A DNA stretch of 64,000 bases from Bacteroidales bacterium UBA4772. Its GTDB lineage: Bacteria > Bacteroidota > Bacteroidia > Bacteroidales > VadinHA17. The DNA lies in NCBI GenBank assembly GCA_002403305.1, contig DHHM01000016.1, positions 58,482 through 122,481 of the forward strand, written 5' to 3'. Both the position numbers and the translations under genes were made by a program. Shown in pieces: positions 39,924 to 48,474 of the stretch. The notes beneath the pieces were generated by a model. The model saw nothing but the letters and a program-made list of their open reading frames with translations, ran no database searches and had not been told where the DNA came from. How positions within the stretch are numbered: position 1 is the first letter of the stretch; each line of letters begins with the position of its first letter.

Positions 39924-41071
39924 CAGAAAATACAGACTTCCCACACCTTACACCCCGGGACGACAGGCTGCAGGGCGAAGGGAAGCTGTTCCGCCGGCCG
40001 GAGGAGCTTACTGATGAGCAGTTTGATCTCCTCGCTGCCGCGTGGGCCGATGATGCTCTCGGCGGCGACAGTCTCGCAGAGACAGAGGCGGCGCTGTCCT
40101 CCAGTCCTGAAAGAAGGATGCGCGCTGAAAGCTTCCGGCAGATCAGGCTCTCTCCTCTGATTGACAGGTGGGAGGGCAGGAACCGAATACTGAAAGCTGA
40201 TCCGGGTACCTACGCCATCAGGCGCATACTGATTGTCACACTGACTGTCGCCGCGGCACTGGGAGCCCTGGTAATCCTGGGCCCGTTAAAAACGGAACCC
40301 GACAACAAATCAGCGGGTCCGGCTGTTGCTGAGGCACAAAAAATTGGTGAGGCCATAACAATAGCTGAAGCACAGACAATGGGTGAGGCCCTCATCTCCG
40401 AAGCATCACCGGTGATCGTGGCCCTGCCGGCAGAGAGTGTGACTCCTGCGACACAAAATATTAATCAAACTGCCGGTGCGGCTAACCCATCCATTGACAA
40501 AACAAGCAGTACCCGGTTGGCCGGTGTCATCTCCGGATCTGCTGCTGACATAACGAGTAAGCCGCGGCCAGTCGGGGTGATCCCGGAATCACTTAAGCCG
40601 GAAAGAATAGTGCCGCAACAGAATGATATTACTGCCTCAGTTACCAACTCATTCATCCACGCTAATAGTGAGCCGCGAACCACCGCGGAAATTGCTGAAT
40701 ACCGTGATCTGGCAGAGTCTATTGCCTTGATGCATGATTTTTCGGGTGCAGTGCCCCTGCTGGCTGCCGGACCGGAAGCATCCCGCCTGGCTCCGGTGGA
40801 GCTTAAGGATATAACCCCTCTTCCTGCTCTGGAGAGAGAGGAAAACTGGCTGGTGAGAGGTCTCTCACTGCTGGCGGAGGCCATAACAAAAGAACCGAAA
40901 AGTGTTGACGGATACTTTATTGCCGATGCCTGCATCAGAGGAGTAAACAGAGTGCTGGGCTGGGAAATGGAGCTCGAACAGGAGAAAAATAATGAAGGGG
41001 AGCAACTTGCAACGAATTTCAGCTCTTCACTGCTAACCTTCTCTGCCCCGGCGAAAAAAACTCATCCCTGA
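39914..41071 (+). CDS. putative anti-sigma factor (single-pass membrane protein)
   Basis: Overlaps the sigma gene by 10 nt. N-terminal cytoplasmic segment, one TM helix (ILIVTLTVAAALGALVILG), and a low-complexity periplasmic part with an AEAQxxGEA repeat. Confidence 0.55.
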   Translation: MAMTENTDFPHLTPRDDRLQGEGKLFRRPEELTDEQFDLLAAAWADDALGGDSLAETEAALSSSPERRMRAESFRQIRLSPLIDRWEGRNRILKADPGTYAIRRILIVTLTVAAALGALVILGPLKTEPDNKSAGPAVAEAQKIGEAITIAEAQTMGEALISEASPVIVALPAESVTPATQNINQTAGAANPSIDKTSSTRLAGVISGSAADITSKPRPVGVIPESLKPERIVPQQNDITASVTNSFIHANSEPRTTAEIAEYRDLAESIALMHDFSGAVPLLAAGPEASRLAPVELKDITPLPALEREENWLVRGLSLLAEAITKEPKSVDGYFIADACIRGVNRVLGWEMELEQEKNNEGEQLATNFSSSLLTFSAPAKKTHP

Positions 41072-41113
41072 GTGTAACTTTCCGGGTGCATTGATCGTCC
41101 CACCAATAAACAA

Positions 41114-41183
41114 CAGAAACTTGCATGAGCAGAAACTCACAGCAGTAAATGACTACTACATTCATGCAGGTTCCATTCGACCA
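41114..41183 (+). repeat. palindromic cassette copy D1 (70 nt short form, lacks A/T tail)
   Basis: cAGAAACTTGCATGAGCAGAAACTCACAGCAGTAAATGACTACTACATTCATGCAGGTTCCATTCGACCA. A tail-like remnant CCACCAATAAACAACA lies just upstream. Confidence 0.85.
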
Positions 41184-41277
41184 GTGAAACTTGCATGAGC
41201 AGGAACTCGCAACAGGTTTTGATTGTCAAATTCATGTAAGTTCCATTCGACCAATAAAATAATAATTATATAACCGA
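41184..41277 (+). repeat. palindromic cassette copy D2 (94 nt)
   Basis: GTGAAACTTGCATGAGCAGGAACTCGCAACAGGTTTTGATTGTCAAATTCATGTAAGTTCCATTCGACCAATAAAATAATAATTATATAACCGA, then ATGAAATAA. A duplicated 25-nt tail follows, then the gene ATG at 41303. Confidence 0.9.
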
Positions 41278-41302
41278 ATGAAATAATAATTAAATAAACG
41301 CC

Positions 41303-42403
41303 ATGAAGAGAACATTGTTAACAGTCACTGTGATAATTGCGCTGATCCTTCCGGTGCAGGCACAGGAGAAGGAAGAAAAACTGAAGGAGTTGGAGAAACT
41401 TGAGGCGGAGGCAGGTACGGTCACTCCCCCTGACACCCTGAAAGCGAAAACGGACATCAGTGCAGCAGAGGCAGACACCCTGAGGCAGGAGGCAGAAGCG
41501 CTGCCGGCAGAGGAGGGAAACCTCCCGGCAGAGGAGGCGGAGGAGATAATGATTGAAGAGCCGGAATCTCCGGCTCTTCCCGGCGATGGTGAAGACACTG
41601 CCCGCATTACAATAGGTGAAATAGTCACCGTGGAGGACACGGGTGACGAGACAGTGATAAGGATCGGGAAGAAGGCTGTCAGGATTCTGACAGACGGTGA
41701 CAACGCGGAGATCCGGATGGAAGATGAGGAAGAAGATGCAGATGAAGAGTTTTCCACTCCCGGCAGACGCTTGTTTGAGGGCCACCTCGGAGGCATTGAG
41801 ATCGGCTTCAACAGCTATTCCACCGGACAGTGGGGCCGTAATCCGGAAATGGCCGATGACTATCTCGACCTGAACACGGCAAAATCTTCCAATTTCAATA
41901 TCATCTCACCGCCAGTGAGCCTGGGACTGTCGCGCCACATCGGTATCGTGTCGTCCCTGGGTGTCAGCTTCAACAACTACCGCTTTGACAACAACAACTC
42001 GGTCATCCCGGGAGACGGCGGGATCGTGGAACCATATTATCCTGCTGATGGAATAAATTATGAAAAGAGCAAGCTTGCTACCGTCTACGGCGTGCTGCCC
42101 GTAATCCTGGAGGCACAGATACCCGTGACATACAGTAGCACCCTGAACATCGGGGCGGGCATCATCGGGGCAGTGAAGCTGGGATCACATACCAAGGTGG
42201 TCTACTACAGCGACGGAAAGCAGAAGGATAAGAACCATGACGACTTCAGCCTCAATGTGCTGAGATACGGAGTCACAGCACGGGCAGGGTACGAGATGGT
42301 ACAGGTGTACGGCACCTGCTACCTGTCACAGATGTTCGAAAAGGGCAAAGGACCGGAACTCTATCCCTTTGAGGTCGGCATAGCCCTGACCATCAACGAC
42401 TGA
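41303..42403 (+). CDS. outer-membrane beta-barrel protein with an acidic low-complexity N-terminal region
   Basis: Signal peptide MKRTLLTVTVIIALILPVQAQ. A Glu/Ala-rich ~130-aa segment, then an alternating beta-strand C-terminal half. Lies downstream of the sigma/anti-sigma pair. Confidence 0.6.
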   Translation: MKRTLLTVTVIIALILPVQAQEKEEKLKELEKLEAEAGTVTPPDTLKAKTDISAAEADTLRQEAEALPAEEGNLPAEEAEEIMIEEPESPALPGDGEDTARITIGEIVTVEDTGDETVIRIGKKAVRILTDGDNAEIRMEDEEEDADEEFSTPGRRLFEGHLGGIEIGFNSYSTGQWGRNPEMADDYLDLNTAKSSNFNIISPPVSLGLSRHIGIVSSLGVSFNNYRFDNNNSVIPGDGGIVEPYYPADGINYEKSKLATVYGVLPVILEAQIPVTYSSTLNIGAGIIGAVKLGSHTKVVYYSDGKQKDKNHDDFSLNVLRYGVTARAGYEMVQVYGTCYLSQMFEKGKGPELYPFEVGIALTIND

Positions 42404-42441
42404 CAGCAGGATCAAGGTTGACATTACCGGCATGATACGGG

Positions 42442-42477
42442 GAGGGTGTTTCGCGGAAATACCCTCTCTTTTTTTTT
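42442..42477 (+). terminator. rho-independent terminator
   Basis: GAGGGT-gtttcgcggaaat-ACCCTC stem-loop followed by TCTCTTTTTTTTT. Confidence 0.7.
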
Positions 42478-42484
42478 ATGTATC

Positions 42485-42652
42485 TTTGGCGCAACAGCGC
42501 GGTCAGCAGAGTGTTGTACATTTGGCACAACAGCACATTCAGAAGAGCGGGCCGCAGGGCGTTGTATATTTGGAACAACAGCGCATTCAGAAGAGCGGGC
42601 CGCAGGGCGTTGAAGATTTGACGCAGCGGCACGTGTCGCAGAGCGTTGAAAC
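42485..42652. repeat. tandem array of four 36/48-bp units upstream of pepE
   Basis: Units begin with TTTGG/TTTGA at 42485 (36 bp), 42521 (48 bp), 42569 (48 bp) and 42617 (36 bp). The 48-bp units carry a 12-nt insert CGGGCCGCAGGG. Confidence 0.9.
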
Positions 42653-42689
42653 TTTTAAGTTGTAAACATAAAACGGAAACCCGACAGAT

Positions 42690-43403
42690 ATGAGACTTTT
42701 ACTTATCAGCAATTCAACCAATGCCGGAGAGGCATATCTCGAGTATCCCAGGAACAATATCCGGAAGTTCCTCGGCACCAGGAAGGTGAAGGCACTCTTC
42801 ATTCCCTATGCGGCCGTCACCTTCTCCTACGATGCCTATGAGGAAAAAGTGAGATCGCGTTTCAGGGAGGTGGGGCACGACGTCATATCCATTCACCGCT
42901 TCAGTGACCCCGTGCAGGCTGTCATGGATGCCCCGGCGATAGTAGTCGGCGGCGGCAACACCTGGATGCTTCTCAAATGCCTCAGGGAAAACGGGCTTAT
43001 AGCAGCTGTCAGAAAGAAGGTGCTTGGCGGCACACCCTACATAGGCTGGAGTGCCGGTTCCAATGTGGTGTGTCCCACCATCATGACCACCAACGACATG
43101 CCGGTGACGGCTCCCTCGTCATTCAGGGCTTTCGGGCTGATACCGTTCCAGATAAATCCCCATTACCTTGATGCCAATCCTGCAGGCCATGCCGGGGAGA
43201 CCCGTGAGCAGAGGATACAGGAGTTCATCGAGGTCAACAGGGATATCTTCGTAGCCGGACTGCGCGAGGGAACAATGTTCCTCCTGGAGGACAGGAAGCT
43301 CTCACTCATCGGCCCGCGCAACTGCCGCATATTCAGGTACGGCAGGGAGTCTGTGGAGGTGATCCCCGGCTCCGATCTCTCCTTTCTGCTTGCCAGGAAG
43401 TAA
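42690..43403 (+). CDS. pepE: dipeptidase E (S51 alpha-aspartyl dipeptidase)
   Basis: MRLLLISNSTNAGEAYLEY..., GGGNTWMLL, GWSAGSNV. Collinear with PepE. Confidence 0.88.
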   Translation: MRLLLISNSTNAGEAYLEYPRNNIRKFLGTRKVKALFIPYAAVTFSYDAYEEKVRSRFREVGHDVISIHRFSDPVQAVMDAPAIVVGGGNTWMLLKCLRENGLIAAVRKKVLGGTPYIGWSAGSNVVCPTIMTTNDMPVTAPSSFRAFGLIPFQINPHYLDANPAGHAGETREQRIQEFIEVNRDIFVAGLREGTMFLLEDRKLSLIGPRNCRIFRYGRESVEVIPGSDLSFLLARK

Positions 43404-43409
43404 AAATAA

Positions 43410-46049
43410 ATGCCGGCGGCGGCAGGGACAATGAGATGGTTGAAGAAAATAGCACTCCTTGCAGGCGGACTGCTCCTGCTGCTCCTTGTCGTGCTTGTCG
43501 TCTATACCTCACTGCGACATGAGAAGATTACAGCAGCCCTGACCGGGAAGGTCAATGAGGCTGTCAACACCAAAATATCATACGGCAACCTTCGACTTAC
43601 GGTTTTATCGTCATTCCCGAACATAGGTGCCAGGTTTGACAACCTGCTTGTTGCGCCGTCGCCCTACTATGACATGACACAGTTTGCCGGTGATAATACT
43701 GACACCCTGCTCTACGCATCCTCGCTCTCACTGAAGATCTCTCTCCCGTCGCTGCTCACGGGTACCGTAGCCGTAAAAGCCATCACGGTGAGTGACGGTA
43801 AGATCAGCATGCTTACAGACAAGAGGGGTGACATCAACTTCGAGGTGCTTGCCAGCAGGAAAGGAGGGGGAAAGAATGTCAGGCTGAAAAATATAAGTGC
43901 AAAGAACATAGGGGTCATATGGCATGACAGAAGCAACGAAATGAGGATAGCAGGCAACATCAGCCAGGCTACCCTCGGAGGTGAGATATTCAAAACGGGT
44001 GTCTTCCTCAATGCTGCTCTCAGTGCCAAAGTAGACTCCGCCACCATCGGGGGTATGGATTTCCACGGCCTGCCGGCCTCCGCCAGCCTCCGGATGCGCA
44101 AGTCGGCCAACTCAATCTCAATAGCAAAAGGGGCCCTGGAGCTGGCAGGGCTTGACTTTGACGTCGACGGCAATGTAAACTTCTCCGCGAAGAAGCTGGA
44201 TCTTACCGTCACCGGGCAGAAGATTGAGATCTCCACCCTCTCTGCTCTCCTTCCGGCGCGCTGGGGTTCACTCACCAGCAGCTTCACCCCGTCAGGGATA
44301 CTCGATATTGGCTTTTCTGTCAGCGGCCCCTACGGTGAGGCAGGCAGCCCCCATATCGATATGAGCTTCGGGCTGTCGGGTGGCAGGATGAGTCACACGG
44401 CATCAGGATTCAGGGTCAACAGCCTTGAGTTCCGCGGCGGCATGACAAACGGTGATCGCAACGGTCCGGAGACATTCCGGTTTACTGTTGACCGGCTTGA
44501 GGCATCATACGGCACGGCAAGCCTGAAAGGCTCATTCATGCTGAACGACCTCACCTCTCCCCACATCATCCTGAGCCTTGAGGGTGATCTCGACTTTGAC
44601 GACCTGGGCAAAATAATTAACCCGGGTTATATTCATGATCAGACCGGGTTGCTGTCAGGAAGCATACGTCTCTCCGGAACTCTGCCCGACACCATGAAGC
44701 TGAGAGCGGCCACACTGCCGTTGCTCAATCCGGAGGTATCTCTTCTGTTCCGCGACTTCGGAGCATCATTCGGTGAAAAGGGGCCGTCACTCACCGGGAT
44801 GAACGGCTCTGTAACCGTCATGAATGACCTGGTAGCCGACAGCCTCTCTCTAACCTACGGGGAACAGCACTTCATCATCGATGCCTCCATGCGCGACTTT
44901 GTACCGTGGCTGTCGGGACGGCCGGTGATGCTTTATGTCAGCGGGGATGTCAGGACGGATATGTTCATCCCGGAAAAGTTCGCGGTAAGAGACACTGTCA
45001 GTGACATTGTCAGTGTACGGAGTGAAGGAAAGAAGAGGGATATCTTCCCGGCATCGGTTACCGCAGATGTGAGGTTTGCGGCTGACAGCCTGGTATTCAA
45101 AGGCTTCAGGGCGTCAGACCTGAAAACCTCAATTGATTACAGGCCTTATGTGTTCACCTTCAAAGATATAAGTGCAGGAGGCCTTGGGGGGCTCCTTGAG
45201 GGAGAACTGATGCTCGGCAAGCAGAAGGAGAGCGATTATATTGCAAGGGTCAGGCTTGATGTTGAGGGTACTGATATCAACAGCGCATTCACCGCCTTCA
45301 ATAACTTCGGGCAGAACTTCATTGTGAGTGACAATCTCCGGGGTAATCTTACCGGATCCGTTAACATGCTGTCTCCCCTCGACTCTCTATACAGGATCAT
45401 CAGGCCGGAGCTCATAGCCGAGGCACATCTTGTGATCACGGAAGGCAGGCTGACGGACTTCGGGCCGGCAGAGAGTCTATCGTCATATCTTGACCTGGAT
45501 GAGTTGAAGGATATCTCCTTCTCCAGGATGGAGAATGACCTCTTCATCAAAAGCGAGAGTGTCTCCATACCGAGGATGCTCATCAACTCCTCAGCCGTGA
45601 ACTTCACCCTTTACGGCAGTCACAAATTCAATGGCGATTATTCATATCACCTGCGCCTCCTGTTATCGGAGGTAATGAGCCGCAAGGCCAGGGACCGCAA
45701 TCGCGGCGTGAGCTCCTTCGGACAGGTGACGGTCGACGGCAGCGGCAAGGCCACCGTCCCGCTGAAGATTGTTTGTGTCGGAGGAGAAACGGAAGTTAAA
45801 TACGATTTCGGACAGGCACAGGATAACATTAAGACCGACATAGCCCTGGAGAAGCAGGAGCTGAAGGGGATCCTCAACGAGGAGTACGGCTGGTACAGGT
45901 CAGATACACTCATTACAAAACCAACTGAGGGCAAGCCCAGGTTTACTATCACCTGGGAAGAGGGAAAAGAGGGTGCCACCCCTGCCGCACAGAGCCAGGA
46001 GGAGGTGAAGGAGAGTCCCCTGAAAATTTTACTCAGAAAAAAGAGGTGA
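43410..46049 (+). CDS. AsmA/TamB-like large envelope protein
   Basis: 879 aa. An N-terminal TM anchor (IALLAGGLLLLLLVVLVVY) is followed by a long beta-rich sequence. The family call is from architecture and recollection only. Confidence 0.5.
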   Translation: MPAAAGTMRWLKKIALLAGGLLLLLLVVLVVYTSLRHEKITAALTGKVNEAVNTKISYGNLRLTVLSSFPNIGARFDNLLVAPSPYYDMTQFAGDNTDTLLYASSLSLKISLPSLLTGTVAVKAITVSDGKISMLTDKRGDINFEVLASRKGGGKNVRLKNISAKNIGVIWHDRSNEMRIAGNISQATLGGEIFKTGVFLNAALSAKVDSATIGGMDFHGLPASASLRMRKSANSISIAKGALELAGLDFDVDGNVNFSAKKLDLTVTGQKIEISTLSALLPARWGSLTSSFTPSGILDIGFSVSGPYGEAGSPHIDMSFGLSGGRMSHTASGFRVNSLEFRGGMTNGDRNGPETFRFTVDRLEASYGTASLKGSFMLNDLTSPHIILSLEGDLDFDDLGKIINPGYIHDQTGLLSGSIRLSGTLPDTMKLRAATLPLLNPEVSLLFRDFGASFGEKGPSLTGMNGSVTVMNDLVADSLSLTYGEQHFIIDASMRDFVPWLSGRPVMLYVSGDVRTDMFIPEKFAVRDTVSDIVSVRSEGKKRDIFPASVTADVRFAADSLVFKGFRASDLKTSIDYRPYVFTFKDISAGGLGGLLEGELMLGKQKESDYIARVRLDVEGTDINSAFTAFNNFGQNFIVSDNLRGNLTGSVNMLSPLDSLYRIIRPELIAEAHLVITEGRLTDFGPAESLSSYLDLDELKDISFSRMENDLFIKSESVSIPRMLINSSAVNFTLYGSHKFNGDYSYHLRLLLSEVMSRKARDRNRGVSSFGQVTVDGSGKATVPLKIVCVGGETEVKYDFGQAQDNIKTDIALEKQELKGILNEEYGWYRSDTLITKPTEGKPRFTITWEEGKEGATPAAQSQEEVKESPLKILLRKKR

Positions 46050-46052
46050 GCA

Positions 46053-47192
46053 ATGAACATCTACCGTAAGAAGTTGGTATGGAAGATATTGCTCCTGGTG
46101 TTCGCGGTTATCATAGGCCTCGGATCACTCTTTTACACCCGGCAGCTTGTGACAAAGCTCAAGCTGGAAGAGAAGAAGAAGGCTGAACAGTGGGCTGAGG
46201 CAACAAGAAGGTTGGTCACGTCTGACGACTTCGAATTCCTCTTCAGGATCATCGAGGATAACACCACCGTGCCGGTGATTCTGACCGACGGTAACAAAAC
46301 CATCATATCACACCGGAATATTCCTTCAGGTATTGCATCCGACACTCTCTCCCTTCAGCGTGAGCTGAGCCGCATGGAGAAATGGAATGAACCCATTACC
46401 GTGGAGCTCGGCGACGGTATCAGCAACTACCTCTATTACCGTGAGAGCACACTCCTCCGGCAGCTCAGGATATACCCCTATGTGCAGCTGGGAGTGATCC
46501 TTCTGTTCATTGCTGTGGCATACGTTGCCTTCAGCTCCTCACGGATGGCTGAACAGAACCAGGTGTGGGTAGGGCTCTCGCGGGAGACGGCCCATCAGCT
46601 TGGGACACCCACCTCGTCGCTGTCGGCATGGAGCGAGATCATCAGCAGCAGGTACCCCGGCACTGACATAGCCGAGGAGCTGCCTGCCGACGTGGAGAGA
46701 CTGGTGCGGGTGGCGGAGAGATTTTCGCTGATAGGGTCAAAGCCGAAGCTTCAGCCCGGCGACCTGCCTGCCCTGGCGGATACAACGGCAGGGTACCTGA
46801 GGAAGAGGATAGCCTCCACCATCGGGCTCACCGTCGTCAATAACACCTCCTCATGCAGCTCCGTGCCGCTGAATGCCGTTCTGCTAGGCTGGGTTATCGA
46901 GAACCTCGTCAAGAACTCGGCAGATGCAATGAAAGGCAGCGGAACCATTACCATCATCCTGAGCGAGAATGAGAAAGAGGCTTTCATTGATGTAGAAGAC
47001 ACCGGCAAGGGTATTCCGAGAAAAGATTTCAAGACCATCTTCAAGCCCGGCTATTCGACCAGGGAACGGGGCTGGGGACTGGGTCTCTCCCTCTCTAAGA
47101 GGATCATTGAAGAGTATCACGGTGGCAAGATCTTTGTTCTCCGTTCCGAGCCCGGCAACGGATGCTGCATGAGGATCATTCTTAACAAATGA
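46053..47192 (+). CDS. sensor histidine kinase
   Basis: Two TM helices, H-box ETAHQLGTPTSSL, and HATPase motifs NLVKNSADA, DTGKGI, GWGLGLS. Confidence 0.85.
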   Translation: MNIYRKKLVWKILLLVFAVIIGLGSLFYTRQLVTKLKLEEKKKAEQWAEATRRLVTSDDFEFLFRIIEDNTTVPVILTDGNKTIISHRNIPSGIASDTLSLQRELSRMEKWNEPITVELGDGISNYLYYRESTLLRQLRIYPYVQLGVILLFIAVAYVAFSSSRMAEQNQVWVGLSRETAHQLGTPTSSLSAWSEIISSRYPGTDIAEELPADVERLVRVAERFSLIGSKPKLQPGDLPALADTTAGYLRKRIASTIGLTVVNNTSSCSSVPLNAVLLGWVIENLVKNSADAMKGSGTITIILSENEKEAFIDVEDTGKGIPRKDFKTIFKPGYSTRERGWGLGLSLSKRIIEEYHGGKIFVLRSEPGNGCCMRIILNK

Positions 47193-47214
47193 GAGGCAAC
47201 AGACGGCTACAGGG

Positions 47215-48474
47215 ATGAAGAGAAGCGATATAGAGATAATGGCTCCGGCCGGCTCACGCGAGACGCTCAGGGCAGCTGTCGCAGGAGGGGCTGACTCGGT
47301 ATATTTTGGCGTGGGCAGGCTGAACATGAGGGCCCGTTCCTCGGATAACTTCACCGTTGATGATCTGCAGGAACTGGCGGAGCTGTGCAGGGATAACGGG
47401 ATGAAGAGCTACCTCACCCTGAATATCGTCATGTATGACGATGAGATGGAGGAGATGAGGGCGATACTCGATTCTGCCGTAAGCGCCGGCGTGTCAGCAG
47501 TCATAGCCACTGACCAGGCAGCCATCACAGCAGCCAGGGAGAGAGGCCTGGAGGTACATCTGTCAACACAGCTTAACATCTCAAACAGTGAGTCGCTCAG
47601 GTTCTACTCCCAGTGGGCTGATGTGGCCGTTCTGTCGCGTGAGCTTAACCTGCAGCAGGTAAGGAAGATACATGACACCATCATCCGTGATGATATCCGC
47701 GGTCCCGGCGGTGATCTCATCAGGCTGGAGATGTTCGTCCACGGCGCACTCTGCATGGCAGTCTCGGGAAAGTGCTACCTGAGCCTGCACGAGTACAATA
47801 CCTCCGCGAACAGGGGCAACTGCTACCAGACGTGCCGGAGAGGCTATACCGTGACCGACCGTGAGACAGGCTATGAGCTGGATATTGACAATGAATTTAT
47901 AATGTCACCCAAAGATCTCTGCACCATAGGGTTCCTCGATCAGATCATTGACTCCGGCGCCAGGGTGCTGAAGATAGAGGGCAGGGCCAGACCGGCAGAG
48001 TATGTGAAGACCGTCACGGAGTGTTACAGTGAGGCTGCCGCAGCGGTGGCGGAGGGCACCTTCGGACCGGAGAGGGTCAGCGGCTGGATGAGCCGTCTGG
48101 AGACCGTCTTCAACAGGGGTTTCTGGGACGGCTGGTACCTCGGTCAGAGGCTGGGAGAGTGGAGTACCACCTACGGATCCGCAGCTACCAAAAGAAAGAT
48201 CTACCTGGGTAAGATCACCAATTTCTTCAGCAGGCCTGGCGTTGCTGAGATCAGGCTGGAGACCGGCAGTCTGAGTGTCGGCGACGAGCTGATAATAACA
48301 GGACCCACAACGGGTATTGTTGAGTATACTGTCACCGGACTGAGGGATTCTTTGGAAAATGATGCTGATACAGTACCAAAGGGAGAGCTCTGCTCCATTC
48401 AGGTGCCCGCACAGGTGAGGCGGTCAGACAAGGTCTTCAGACGGGTTGATGCCTCCTCACTCAGGAAAGAGTGA
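47215..48474 (+). CDS. U32 family peptidase
   Basis: IEIMAPAGSRETLRAAVAGGADSVYFG start and overall U32 layout with a C-terminal beta-barrel domain. Confidence 0.9.
   Translation: MKRSDIEIMAPAGSRETLRAAVAGGADSVYFGVGRLNMRARSSDNFTVDDLQELAELCRDNGMKSYLTLNIVMYDDEMEEMRAILDSAVSAGVSAVIATDQAAITAARERGLEVHLSTQLNISNSESLRFYSQWADVAVLSRELNLQQVRKIHDTIIRDDIRGPGGDLIRLEMFVHGALCMAVSGKCYLSLHEYNTSANRGNCYQTCRRGYTVTDRETGYELDIDNEFIMSPKDLCTIGFLDQIIDSGARVLKIEGRARPAEYVKTVTECYSEAAAAVAEGTFGPERVSGWMSRLETVFNRGFWDGWYLGQRLGEWSTTYGSAATKRKIYLGKITNFFSRPGVAEIRLETGSLSVGDELIITGPTTGIVEYTVTGLRDSLENDADTVPKGELCSIQVPAQVRRSDKVFRRVDASSLRKE

Noticed and set aside
42393-42665. ORFs of 79 aa (minus strand) and 77 aa (plus strand) spanning the 36/48-bp tandem array
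   Set aside because: Both are translations of the repeat itself (ALRPALLNALL... and QQRIQKSGPQGV...). Both strands are open, and there is no start context or family resemblance. They are repeat artefacts.
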